Part shown: positions 9,011-18,800 of the stretch, piece by piece
Numbering within the stretch: the first letter of the stretch is position 1
Layout of the letters: each line of letters starts with the position of its first letter
Assembly: GCA_965215155.1 (NCBI GenBank)
Contig: CBDCCY010000002.1
Location: 559,698-623,697 of the forward strand
Source of the DNA: Vicinamibacterales bacterium
Lineage (GTDB): Bacteria; Acidobacteriota; Vicinamibacteria; Vicinamibacterales; UBA8438
Length of the DNA stretch: 64,000 nt
Direction: 5' to 3'
Program-made: the position numbers and the translations under genes
The notes under the pieces: model-generated
The model's database searches: none
Told to the model about the DNA's origin: nothing
What the model saw: only the letters and a program-made list of their open reading frames with translations

Positions 9011-11706
9011 GGTGCAAGACTCCACCGCGTGAGTGTGGCACAGTCGCCGAGCCGACGCCAAGCTGCGGACCCTTGCCCGGCGCCGCCCGGTGCGGTATGT
9101 TGGTAGTTCTCTCCGCTCGCGGTCAGCGACCCGCGCCGAGGTAGCTCAGTTGGTAGAGCACATGACTGAAAATCATGGTGTCGCCAGTTCGATTCTGGCC
9201 CTCGGCACCACCCTTTCCCTTTCGAGCGGCCCTTGGTGAACCGAGGGCTGCTGCTGCCCGCCGGGACCTTGAACGTCCGGCCAACCACGGCCTCCGCCAC
9301 CCGGCCGCCCACGGCGTCGGCCCGCGACTGGGTTCCGCGGCGTTGCGATTCGCCCGGTCTGGGCATTCGGTAGCCGACGCCCCGCTCATTGCGGACGTAG
9401 GCCGGGTTGGCCGCGTCGTCCCCCAGCTTGCGGCGCAGGCTCTTCACGATGGCCCGTACCACCCTCGGGTCGCCCGAGCCCCGATTGCGCCTCCCCCACG
9501 CCCGGCCCAGCAGCGATTCGTACGTCACGACCCGTCCGGCACTGGTCGAGAGCACGCGGAGCACCTCGAACTCGGTGACCGTCAAGGTCACGGGGCGGTC
9601 GGCCACGGTCACGCGGCGTTCCTCGTAGTGAATCGCCAGGTCCCCCAGCAGGAATGGCTCCGGCTCGACCCGACGGCGCAGCGCCGAGCGCACTCGCGCC
9701 GTCAGCTCCGACGGAGAGAACGGCTTGACGATGTAGTCGGCAGCTCCCGCATCCAGCGCCCGGACGATGGTCTCGTCCCTACCGTAGGCCGAGATGAAGA
9801 TGACCGGCAGATCCTCGAGCTCGCGCACGCCTTCCATCAACTTGATGCCGTCGGTGTCCGGCAGCACCAGGTCCATCAGGACGAGCCGGGGCTCGTACGT
9901 CCTGACGAGGCCGGGCAGCGCCTCCGGGTCGCCGGTCACGACTGGAGCATAGTCCGCCTCGACCAGGGCGTCCCGAACGTACCCCAACGAGTGCGGGTCG
10001 TCGTCGACCACGAGGATGCGCGTACGCTCCTTCCCCTTGCGGGCGCGGCGCGAGCGGCCCGGAACGGAGCCGGCGGAGTCGGCGGGTGCCTCGGCCACCG
10101 GCAGGGTGAATGTGAACCGCGTGCCGCGCCCCGCCCCGCCGCTCTCCGCCCAGATGCGGCCTCCGTGCGCCTCTACCAGCCCCTTGCATATGGCCAGGCC
10201 CAGGCCGGAGCGACCGAGCCGACCCTCGCCCCTTCCGGCAGCCGCGCTGTCGTACTTGCGGAACAGGTGCGGCAGCCGGTCCGGCGGCACGCCGCGGCCC
10301 CGGTCGGCAACCGAGACCGCCACATGCAGGCCGTCACGCACGGCGGCGATCCGGATCGGAGACGACTCGGGAGAATGCCGCGATGCGTTCGAGAAGAGGT
10401 TGCTGAGGACCTGGACGATGCGTCCCGAGTCGGCCATCACCCGCGGCAGGTCCTCCGGCAGGTCAATGTCCAGAACGTGCTCGCCGCCGCCGCCGAGGAA
10501 GGTGTTCCTGGCCTGGTCCACCACGCGGGCCACCTCCGTCGGCTCGGGCGAGACCGACAGCGTGCCCGTCTCGATGCGCCCCTGGTCCAGCAGATCGCCG
10601 ATCAGCCCGAGCATCTGGTCGGCCTGCTCGTCGATGACCCGGAAGAACTGTCGCGTCTCCGCCAGATCCGGGGCCCGCGACGCGCCCAACACGGCGACTG
10701 CCGAGCCCTTGATGGAGCTCAGCCGCGTTCGCAGCTCGTGGCTCACCATCCCCAGGAACTCGGCCCGCTGGCGCTCCAGTTCCTGCAGCGGCGCCAGGTC
10801 CTGCATGGTGACCACCATCGACTCGACCGTGCCATCGGCCGAGCGGATCGGCGTCGCGTTGACCAGCGTCGTCACGCTCCGGCCGTCAGGGACGGTCAGC
10901 GTGATCTCCTCGGCGCGCACCGTCTCGGGGCTGCTCAGTTGCCCCGCCATCGGGAACTCCGTCAGGGTGACCTCGCGCCCGTCGCCGCGGCGGCAGGTAA
11001 TCACGTCGAGCAGCTCCTCCACCGCGCCCCCCGGCATACGCAGGCGCTCGACGATCCGCCGGGCCTCCCGGTTGAACGATACGGGCCTGCCGCTCCCGCC
11101 GTCGAAGACGACGACGCCTACCGGCGAGGTTTCGACCAGAGCCTCCAGGTCGGCCCTGGCCCGCCGCTCGTCCCGGTGCGTGCGGGCGTTGGCGATGGCC
11201 GTCGCGGCCTGCGACGCGAACAGGACCAGAACCTCCTCGTCGGCGCTCGTGAACTCCGGTCCGCCCTCCTTCTCGCCGAGAAAGAAATTGCCGCCGTGCA
11301 CGTCGCGGTGGCGCATAGGCGTGCACTGCATCGTCTTCGACACAATCAGCTCGGTCGAGAAGCCGAGTTCCCGGACATAGGCCAGCAGGTCGGGCACTCT
11401 CAACGGCTCCCGCAGGTCCCGGAAGTGCGCGAACAGGCGCAGCCCGTCGGGCCACTCGACCATTGCCGCGTGCTGGCGGGGCGTCAGGCCGGCGCTGACG
11501 AGGTCTTGCGGCTCTCCGGCGTCGTCGACTGTCGCGATCAAGCCGTAGCGGGCGCCGGTCAGCGCGCGGGCGCTGTCGACGATCTCCCGCAGGACGGTCT
11601 CGAGGTCGAGGCTGGCGCTGACGCGCAGGACGGCTGCGCACAGGTTCGAGATGCGGTCCTCGAGCGTCTCGATCCGTCGGCGCAGTTCATCGGGACTCTC
11701 CTTCAC
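8881..11706 (-). CDS. GAF/PAS sensor histidine kinase fused to a receiver and winged-helix output domain; domain homology ends near 9361
   Basis: GTG start after AAGGAGG; MVSHELRTRLSSIKG H-box, N/G boxes (SNLFSNASRHSP, GLGLAICKG), receiver domain (ILVVDDDPHS...LVLMDLVLPDTDGI...KPF), winged helix ending in RNERGVGYRM. 3' extent is uncertain because no stop occurs before 8881. Confidence 0.85.
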   Translation of the reverse strand: MKESPDELRRRIETLEDRISNLCAAVLRVSASLDLETVLREIVDSARALTGARYGLIATVDDAGEPQDLVSAGLTPRQHAAMVEWPDGLRLFAHFRDLREPLRVPDLLAYVRELGFSTELIVSKTMQCTPMRHRDVHGGNFFLGEKEGGPEFTSADEEVLVLFASQAATAIANARTHRDERRARADLEALVETSPVGVVVFDGGSGRPVSFNREARRIVERLRMPGGAVEELLDVITCRRGDGREVTLTEFPMAGQLSSPETVRAEEITLTVPDGRSVTTLVNATPIRSADGTVESMVVTMQDLAPLQELERQRAEFLGMVSHELRTRLSSIKGSAVAVLGASRAPDLAETRQFFRVIDEQADQMLGLIGDLLDQGRIETGTLSVSPEPTEVARVVDQARNTFLGGGGEHVLDIDLPEDLPRVMADSGRIVQVLSNLFSNASRHSPESSPIRIAAVRDGLHVAVSVADRGRGVPPDRLPHLFRKYDSAAAGRGEGRLGRSGLGLAICKGLVEAHGGRIWAESGGAGRGTRFTFTLPVAEAPADSAGSVPGRSRRARKGKERTRILVVDDDPHSLGYVRDALVEADYAPVVTGDPEALPGLVRTYEPRLVLMDLVLPDTDGIKLMEGVRELEDLPVIFISAYGRDETIVRALDAGAADYIVKPFSPSELTARVRSALRRRVEPEPFLLGDLAIHYEERRVTVADRPVTLTVTEFEVLRVLSTSAGRVVTYESLLGRAWGRRNRGSGDPRVVRAIVKSLRRKLGDDAANPAYVRNERGVGYRMPRPGESQRRGTQSRADAVGGRVAEAVVGRTFKVPAGSSSPRFTKGRSKGKGWCRGPESNWRHHDFQSCALPTELPRRGSLTASGENYQHTAPGGAGQGSAAWRRLGDCATLTRWSLAPCRRGSHGCRGACPRRSRLPPSSSPARPRRRTCRSSSTRSTTA
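9135..9210 (+). tRNA. tRNA-Phe (GAA), CCA encoded
   Basis: GCCGAGG/CCTCGGC acceptor stem, CATGA-CTGAAAA-TCATG anticodon arm, TTCGATT T-loop, ACCA 3' end; 76 nt. Confidence 0.97.
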
Positions 11707-11823
11707 TATCCCCTCCTTGCCGGACGTGGCGCGCGCCTTCCCGCCGCGAGTTGCCACATATTCACATAAAGATCGCCATGCCGTCTCTCGCCGTCGCCCA
11801 CAAATCACACGCCTCTGAGATGC

Positions 11824-12985
11824 TAGTGTCCAACGCCTGAAGTTCTTGACCAGTAGAATCGGCTCGTGGTACGGTCGGCCCGGAAGCGAGGAGGGCCGTG
11901 CCGAACCATTACACACGAGAGGTCCCGGAGGTCTCGGACGCACAGCGCGAGGAACTGGAGGGTTGGCTGCGCCGGCGCAATACCGCGCAGGCTCTGGCCC
12001 TGAGGGCACGCATCGTGCTGCAGAGCGCCGCGGGACGGAGCGACCAGGTCGTGGCGCAGGCTCTGGGCACGACGCGGGCCACGGTCGGCAAGTGGCGGCG
12101 GCGGTTCCTGCGCAACGGCTGCGACGGCTTGCTGGACGAACCACGGCCGGGCGCGCCGCGCCGGGTGTCGGACGAGGACGTCGAACGGGTCGTGGTCCGG
12201 ACGCTGGAGACGACCCCACGGGGGGCGACGCATTGGAGCCGGGAGTCGATGGCCCGAGCCTGCGGGCTGAGCGCTTCGACCGTCGGCCGCGTGTGGCGCG
12301 CGTTCGCGCTCAAGCCCCATCGCAGCGAGACCTTCAAGCTGTCGCGAGACCCGTTGTTCATCGAGAAAGTGCGCGATATCGTGGGGCTGTACCTGCATCC
12401 GCCGGAGCGAGCGGTGGTGCTGTGTGTGGATGAGAAGTCGCAGATCCAGGCGTTGAACCGTACCCAGCCGGTGTTGCCGATGCGTCCGGGAGCACCGGAG
12501 CAGCGGACACACGACTATCGACGGCACGGCACGACCTCGTTGTTCGCGGCCCTGAACACCGCCACCGGCGAGGTGATCGGCAGGTGCTTTCGGAAGCACC
12601 GCTCGGTGGAGTTCAAGCGCTTCCTCGCCGTGATCGACAAGGCGGTGCCGCCCGACCTCGACATCCACCTGGTGCTGGACAACTACGGCACGCACAAGAC
12701 GGCGATGATCCACGACTGGCTGGCACGGCGTCCTCGGTATCACCTGCACTTCACGCCCACGAGCGCATCGTGGCTCAACCAGGTAGAGCGTTGGTTCGCC
12801 GAGATCACCCGGCAGCAGATCCGGCGTGGAACCCATCGCAGCACCCAAGCACTCGAGGCGGCGATCAAGGAGTACCTGGCGGTCTACAACGAAGACCCCA
12901 AGCCCTTCGTCTGGACGAAGACCGCCGAGCAGATCCTGGAATCCCTGAAGCGTTACTGCTCACGTATTTCTGACGGTGCACACTA
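11824..12985 (+). mobile_element. IS630-type insertion sequence, copy 1 (intact transposase), TA target duplication
   Basis: Ends GTGTCCAACGCCTGAAGTTCTTGAC / (rc) GTGTGCACCGTCAGAAATACGTGAG form imperfect terminal inverted repeats flanked by TA at 11824-11825 and 12984-12985. Confidence 0.9.
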
Positions 12986-12986
12986 G
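11898..12986 (+). CDS. IS630-type DDE transposase
   Basis: HTH N-terminus plus [46 protein letters not shown] (DDE domain). Confidence 0.93.
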   Translation: MPNHYTREVPEVSDAQREELEGWLRRRNTAQALALRARIVLQSAAGRSDQVVAQALGTTRATVGKWRRRFLRNGCDGLLDEPRPGAPRRVSDEDVERVVVRTLETTPRGATHWSRESMARACGLSASTVGRVWRAFALKPHRSETFKLSRDPLFIEKVRDIVGLYLHPPERAVVLCVDEKSQIQALNRTQPVLPMRPGAPEQRTHDYRRHGTTSLFAALNTATGEVIGRCFRKHRSVEFKRFLAVIDKAVPPDLDIHLVLDNYGTHKTAMIHDWLARRPRYHLHFTPTSASWLNQVERWFAEITRQQIRRGTHRSTQALEAAIKEYLAVYNEDPKPFVWTKTAEQILESLKRYCSRISDGAH

Positions 12987-13249
12987 CAGGCCGTGGACGA
13001 AGGTCTTCCCGGCAGCAGGAGCGGCAGCCGTTGATGGAGCGCCGTAGCCCCTGTCCCCGGCGGATTCGGCGATCGACGCCTCAGGAGCGCGAATCGGATC
13101 GCGATCGGAGGCTCCAGAAGCGGCTCAGGGCGAGTTCGGCGGGCTTGCGGCTCGGTGGAATGAACCGGACACCGTCGGACACGTACCGGTAGCAGCGGGA
13201 GTCCCTGTTGCCCTCCCAGCCCGGGACCGGCAGTCGCAGCCTGCCGGAC

Positions 13250-15189
13250 TCACCGGGAGCCGGGCGCCAGCGACGTGAAGGCCCCCAGCGCGAAGACCCA
13301 GGGATAGAGCGCCTCGGAGTACCAGAGCTTCGCGAAGTACAGCCCGATGGGCTTCGGGGCGATCCGCCGCCCGCCGTCGGTGGCGTCGATCAACCAACGC
13401 ACACCGCCGGTGACGGCCGCGCCGAGACCGGGAACGGCGGCGGCACGCGGGAGGCGCCGGAGGGTCTCCAGCGCCGAGACCGCGACCGCCGTCTCCTCGA
13501 TGGACGGCGGCACGCCGAGCGCGCCACCCCAGCCCCCGTCGGTTCCCTGCGCGCCGACCAGCCAGCGGGCGGCGCGGACCTCGGTCGCGAGCGCCGCTTG
13601 GGCGTCGGGCAGGGCGGCGAGCCCCTCCAGCACCCGCGCCGTCCCGTAGACCGGATTGGCGTCGTCCGGGGCGCTCTGGTTGCCGAACCAGAGCGGAATC
13701 CAGGACCCGTCCGGCCGCTGCGCCCGCTCCAGGAACCGGATGGCCCGCCGCATGGCGCGCTCGGTGCGCAGCCGCAGAGCGGCCGGCAATGCCCCCCGCC
13801 ACGCGCTCCAGGCCCGTAGCGTGTGCGCGGTCAGGTCGGGGCTGCTGCGGTCGAACGGCAGCGCTCCCCAACCGCGGCAGAAGGTCGGGATGCCGCCGTC
13901 CGCGTTCTGCAGATCGAGGAGCCAGCCGATCCCGGCGCAGGCGGCCCGGCGGTGCTCCGCAGCGTCGGCGTCGAGCGCGTGGAGCGCGAGCAGCGCCCCC
14001 GGCGTGTCGTCGGCGTCCGGCACTCCCCCCGGCAGGTCGGTCCAGGCCCAGCCACCGGGGGCGGCGTCGGTGTAGACGTGTCGTTCCCGGTACTGCTGAT
14101 CGAGCAGCCAGCGGCTGAGTGCTTCGATTCCCCGGGGGCCGAGCCGAGCCCGCCAGTCCGGGCGACGAGACAACGCGTTGACGCTGAGCGTCGTAACCCA
14201 GGTGGCCAGGTTCGTATCGATGGGCCAGCTTCCGTCGGCGCGCGCCGAGCGCTCCAGGAACGCCACGCCGCGATCCACCACCGGATGGGCCGCTTCTCCG
14301 GCCGCCACGAGACTCATGACGACGAAGCTCGTGAGCGGCGTCGCCTCCAGGAAGCCTCCTCCCCGCGGCTGGATCGCCTCCAGCCGGCGCAGGGTCCGGC
14401 GGCGCGCCGCCCGGCGCACGAGGCGCGCCAGCGGGTTGCGCGTGGGGCGCTGCCGGTGACGCGCCTGCCCGATGGCGATCAGGGCCGGGAGGGCGTAGCT
14501 GACGACCGGAAGCCGCAACCAGCGGTAGAAGGCCGGCGGCACCGCGGCCAGCTCGTACGGGAGCTGCGGCACATGTCGCCATCCGCTGCCGATCCTGCCG
14601 CTCTCGTCCCGCGGCGCACGCCCCCCCCCCCTGCGTACCCTCGCAGCAACCCGGCCAGCGCGAGCACGGTGAGGATCGGGACCGAGAACGTGCGGTCCTT
14701 GCCGTAGCGCCGGCTGATCGTGCGCGCGAGCGGTTGCGGCTCCAGGCTGCCGGCGTCGCGCAGCATACGGTTGCGGACACGCTCGAGCGCCGCGCGGTGT
14801 GCAGCGTCGCCGTTGCCGGCGATGGTCAGCGCGGCCCAGACCAGGGCGGTCGTGCTGACGTTGCTCGGACTGTCGGTCGTATCGCCCCAGCCGCCATCCG
14901 CGCCCTGCGTCGCGACCAGCCACGCGAGGCCGTTGCGGACCAGCTCTTCGAGCGCCCGGCGGGGCCGGTCGCGGCCGACCAGTGCGAGCGCGATCGCGGC
15001 CGTGGCGGTCGCCAGCGCGGACGACGACAGCTCCCCGGTCCAGTGGCCGTCCGGCGTGCGGGCCCCGAGCGACCTCGCGATCAATCGCTCGAGCGTGTCG
15101 CGGCACTCCGCGGGCCGGACCGTCGCCGGGGGGTCCGTCGCGGGAGGAACGCTCGCCGCCGACGCCGGCGGATCCGGATTTCCGCTCAC
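13250..15189 (-). pseudogene. Squalene/hopene-cyclase-like class II terpene cyclase, frame-interrupted at a G11 tract
   Basis: N-part frame (PDGHWTGELSSSALATATAAIALALVG...ILTVLALAGLLRGYA) switches to the C-part frame (RDESGRIGSGWRHVPQLPYELAA...VPDADDTPGALLALHAL...) at the C/G homopolymer 14621-14631; DADD motif and repeated QW-like motifs. Confidence 0.8.
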
Positions 15190-16064
15190 AGGCTCAGGTG
15201 CCCCAGCGCGAGCAGGGCATAGAAGGTGTACTCGCAGTCCTGCACGTCGTCGCCCCAGTTGCCGTAGAAGCCCCCGGTGTTGGTCCAGAGACTGTCGACG
15301 AAGTCGAGGCAGGACTCCTTGAGCGGCTCGAGCGGCGTGTGCGCGCCGGCGAGCGCGTGGAGCGCGGTGGCGGTGGAGAGCAGGTCGGGGATGGGCGTCG
15401 CCGCCGACGCACAGAACCCGCCCCCCGGCAGGTGACGAGCACGGAGCCACGCGACGGCCCGCGGATCGGCGGGACGGGCAAGGCGCCGCTGGACGGTCAA
15501 CGCGGCCGCGGTCGGGGGCGTCAGGCCGTCCGCCGAGCCCGGCCGATTGCCGTAGCCGCCGTCCGCCGCGCGCAGCGCGGCCAGGGAATCGGCAAGCCGA
15601 TCGGGCTCGGCGAGCGGGACGCCCAGGTCCTCGTAGGCCCCGAGGGCCAGGAAGGAACCGTACGCGGTCCCGTGTTCCGACCCGCCGGTCGGGCTGTAGC
15701 CGCCGTCCGGCGTGCGATAGGCCTCGAGCCGTTCGACGAGCGCGCCCGCCGGCGCCTCGCCCGCGGCACCGATGTCGGCCCAGCAGCGGGCGAGGCACGC
15801 GGTGTGCACGAAGTCGAGCTCGGCCGGGTCGTCGTGGCGCTCCAGGTAGCGCCGCACCCCTGCGGACGGCAAGGTGCGCCGCAGTGCCGTCAGCGCCTCG
15901 AGTCCGAAGACGGTGTAGTAGAGGTCGCTCGCGCCGCCGCGATCCTGGAAGCCGCCGTCCGGATTCAGCCGTGCCGCAAGGAACTCCGCCGTCAGGTCCG
16001 CCGCGTCACCGAGCAGCGTCGGCGACAGCCTGGCCACCTGCAGCATTTCGAGCCTCAAACTCAC
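15186..16064 (-). CDS. Prenyltransferase/squalene-oxidase-repeat protein (beta-domain terpene cyclase-like)
   Basis: Repeated PDGGF/ADGGYGN/PGGGF motifs in an (alpha/alpha)-type repeat protein; TGA overlaps the GTG start of the following cyclase gene. Confidence 0.75.
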   Translation of the reverse strand: MSLRLEMLQVARLSPTLLGDAADLTAEFLAARLNPDGGFQDRGGASDLYYTVFGLEALTALRRTLPSAGVRRYLERHDDPAELDFVHTACLARCWADIGAAGEAPAGALVERLEAYRTPDGGYSPTGGSEHGTAYGSFLALGAYEDLGVPLAEPDRLADSLAALRAADGGYGNRPGSADGLTPPTAAALTVQRRLARPADPRAVAWLRARHLPGGGFCASAATPIPDLLSTATALHALAGAHTPLEPLKESCLDFVDSLWTNTGGFYGNWGDDVQDCEYTFYALLALGHLSL

Positions 16065-17775
16065 TGCACCAGCCCTGGATCTCGACGCTGAAGATCTTGC
16101 CCACGACCCGGCGCAGCAGTCCCTTGAGGCTGGGGTTGGTCAGGCCGGGCAGACAGCGGATCGCCTCCTCCTTGTAGCCTTCCATCAGGCGGCGGCTGCG
16201 GCCGGCGGCGTCGAAGCGCTCGAGCAGCTCGCGCACCTCGTTGGAGCGGCCGCCGACGGCCTGCTCGCGACGCCACGCGGCCTCGAGCACCGACCGCGCC
16301 TCGGGCTCGGACTTCGCCTGCTCGTAGCCGACGGCGAGCGGCAGGGAGGGGCGCAGGGCCGCCACGTCGTCCGGCGCGTCGGCGGACGGCTCGAAGTCGT
16401 CGAGGTCGTCCCGGATCTGATAGGCGATGCCCAGCGCGTCGCTGTAGGCCCGCAGCTTGTCGAACACCTCCGGCTCGGCCCGGGCGCAGGCCGCGCCGAG
16501 CTCGAGCGCGACGCCGAACGCGGGCGCGGTCTTCTGCCGGAAGATCTGCAGCACCTGCTGCGAGCCGAGAGGCCGCGGGCGGCGCGCCCAGGCGAGCTCC
16601 TCGCCCTGTCCGAGACAGAGGGTGCGGTGCCCGCGGGCCGCGATGGCCATCATCTCGGCGCGGGTCTCCGGCGCGAAGTCGCACTCCGCAAGCAGCCGGT
16701 AGCCCTCGCCCACGAGGAGATCGCCCACGTTCAGCGCCGCCGGGACTCCGTGCGAGGCATGCAGCGTCGGCTCGCCGTAGCGGAGCGCGTCGCCGTCCTC
16801 GATGTCGTCGTGCACCAGGGAAGCCTTGTGGAAGCACTCCACCGCCACCGCCACCTTCCTGAGCGCGTCCGGAGGCGACGTGTGCGGGTCGTCCTGAAGG
16901 GCCTGATGCACGCAGACCGTGAGGAACGGACGCCAGCGCTTGCCGGCGCGGGTCAGCTCGCCGCGGGCCAGCGTCTCCGTCTCGCCCTCGGGCGGGCCGC
17001 CGAACAGCTCGTCGAGCGCCGCCGGGGCGAACCAGCTCTCGACGTCCTTGCGCAGCGCGTCGAGATCGAGCCGCCGGGTCCGGTCGTCGCTCGTGGCGTG
17101 GATGAAGTCCCAGACCCATTCGACGTCGACGCCGGTGTCCTTGCAGTCGTCCTGCAGCAGCGGGATCGCCACGCCGGGGATGGCCGCCGCCTCCATGTAG
17201 GGGAAAGCGCGCTCGAGCACCGAGAGGCAGCTCACGCCGACGATCGCCTCGATCTTGCCGGTCTGGATGAGCGCCATCACCAGCGCCGAGCCCTCCGCGA
17301 CGAGCACCGCGTAGCCGAGCTTCTCGGCTTCCTCCTGCAGGTCCTGGATGGTGCACAGGCCGCACTGCTTGCAGAGCAGGCCGAACTCCTCGAACGGGGC
17401 GGGGCAGCGATCCTCCACCCGCAGGCACTTCGGCAGCAGCAGCAGGCGCCGGTCGTAGGGGACGGTGGCGAGATGCTCGCGCCACGTCTCGTTGCCGAGC
17501 AGCACGCCGAGGTAGTCGAGGTACTTGGCGTCGATGCCGTGCGCCCGCGCGATCTCCTCGGAGCGGGTGCGCAGCTCGTCCAGCACCAGCGGCGGCGTGA
17601 TCTCGCTCTGCCGCGCCGCCACGTAGGCCCGGACCTGCTGCAGCATCACCTCGCGCTCCGTCCGGGTCTGCGGGATGTTGTCCTGCGGCGGCCGCATGGC
17701 CGTCGGCGGCACGGCGCGAGGGAGGGTTACGACCGGCAGTGGGTAACTCACGGGCCCTTCCGTTGATGTCGGCAT
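16006..17775 (-). CDS. Fusion protein: DUF116-like Cys domain + trans-isoprenyl diphosphate synthase
   Basis: N-terminus LLLLPKCLRVEDRCPAPFEEFGLLCKQCGLCTI...VLVAEGSALVMALI...LLQDDCKD (DUF116-like); C-terminus has both Asp-rich motifs, LVHDDIEDGD and IRDDLDDF. Confidence 0.85.
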   Translation of the reverse strand: MPTSTEGPVSYPLPVVTLPRAVPPTAMRPPQDNIPQTRTEREVMLQQVRAYVAARQSEITPPLVLDELRTRSEEIARAHGIDAKYLDYLGVLLGNETWREHLATVPYDRRLLLLPKCLRVEDRCPAPFEEFGLLCKQCGLCTIQDLQEEAEKLGYAVLVAEGSALVMALIQTGKIEAIVGVSCLSVLERAFPYMEAAAIPGVAIPLLQDDCKDTGVDVEWVWDFIHATSDDRTRRLDLDALRKDVESWFAPAALDELFGGPPEGETETLARGELTRAGKRWRPFLTVCVHQALQDDPHTSPPDALRKVAVAVECFHKASLVHDDIEDGDALRYGEPTLHASHGVPAALNVGDLLVGEGYRLLAECDFAPETRAEMMAIAARGHRTLCLGQGEELAWARRPRPLGSQQVLQIFRQKTAPAFGVALELGAACARAEPEVFDKLRAYSDALGIAYQIRDDLDDFEPSADAPDDVAALRPSLPLAVGYEQAKSEPEARSVLEAAWRREQAVGGRSNEVRELLERFDAAGRSRRLMEGYKEEAIRCLPGLTNPSLKGLLRRVVGKIFSVEIQGWCSEFEARNAAGGQAVADAAR

Positions 17776-17832
17776 TTGTCGCGCCTGGCGTAGAAATTGA
17801 CTGGTTGCGGGCCCGGAAGTCCGGGTCGCCCG

Positions 17833-18798
17833 CTAGCTGTAGGCCCCGAACCCGAAGAACCAGTGCTTCTTGGCGAACGCGTACGCCCAGTGCTCCTCCG
17901 GGATCTCGTTGCCCGGGTCGTACTGGCTGCTCCGCGGCGTCAACTCCGCCAACTCCGCGGACGCCGTCTGCCGCTGCGTCGTATCCCGCGCCCCGTGGCG
18001 CGCCACGAGCTCGCGGACCAGATCCGGGCGTTCCAGCACGATGCAGCCGCGCGTGGTCCGCGCCGCCGTCTCGCGGAAGTCCTTGAGGAACGACGAATTC
18101 GTCATCGTCTCGTAGACGCTCGGCCGATCATGGACGGTCTCGGTCGCGAACTGGATGATCGGACACGGCTCGATGTCCCCGTACGGACTGATGTGGTGGC
18201 TGACGCCGGTGGCCATCGGGCAGAGCGCCTGTCCCTCGTCGTCCCAGTAGGCGTCGACGATGGCGATCGGCAGCTTCGCGCGCATGCCGACGATGAAGCG
18301 GCGCACGCGGAGCACCTCCTCGGGGGTCAGCGCGATCTCGGCCGTCGGCTGCGGGCCGACGACGCGGTACGTGTGGAACCAGGCGTAGTGGACGCCGAGG
18401 TCGATGAGCCGCCGCAGCCACGATTCCTGCACCAGGTCGTCGATGTTCGTCTTGCACACGCTGGTGGCCACGCCCGTCACCAGGCGATTCCGGGTGCACG
18501 CTTCCAGCCCCGCCAGCGACTTGTCGAGGACGGCCGTCCGGCCGCGGCGCTCGTCGCTCACCACGCTGGTCCCCTCGATGCTGACCAGCGGGGTCACGTT
18601 GCCCAGGCGCCGCAACTCGGCCGCCCGCGCGTCGTCGATCAGGTGGCCGTTGGTGAAGAGCTGGAAGTAGCAGTCCGGGTGCGCTGCGAACAGGTCGAAC
18701 AGGTCGGGGTGCAGCAGCGGCTCGCCCCCCAGGATGCCGAAGTAGCTGTTGCCGTGCCGCTTGGCGTCGCCGACGATGCGGTCGAGCTCGTCGATCTC
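17833..18798 (-). pseudogene. Radical SAM protein, C-terminal part (5' truncated at junction)
   Basis: Minus frame reads EIDELDRIVGDAKRHGNSYFGILGGEPLLHPDLFDLF...TNGHLIDD...SIEG...SPYGDIEPCPIIQFA; no Cx3Cx2C N-terminus in this copy; matching N-terminus is at 40393-40587. Confidence 0.85.
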
Positions 18799-18800
18799 GG

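Noticed and set aside
9135-9210. tRNA-Phe as the attachment site of the nearby IS630 or of the accessory block
   Set aside because: No duplicated 3' tRNA fragment was seen downstream, and the IS630 copies target TA dinucleotides.
8881-9240. Peptide CRGPESNWRHHDFQSCALPTELPRR as a possible conserved protein
   Set aside because: It is the antisense translation of tRNA-Phe(GAA), a well-known source of false protein conservation.
13250-15189. Calling the cyclase firmly inactive
   Set aside because: The only disruption is in an 11-nt homopolymer, which could be a sequencing error or phase-variable tract; coding is otherwise coherent on both sides.
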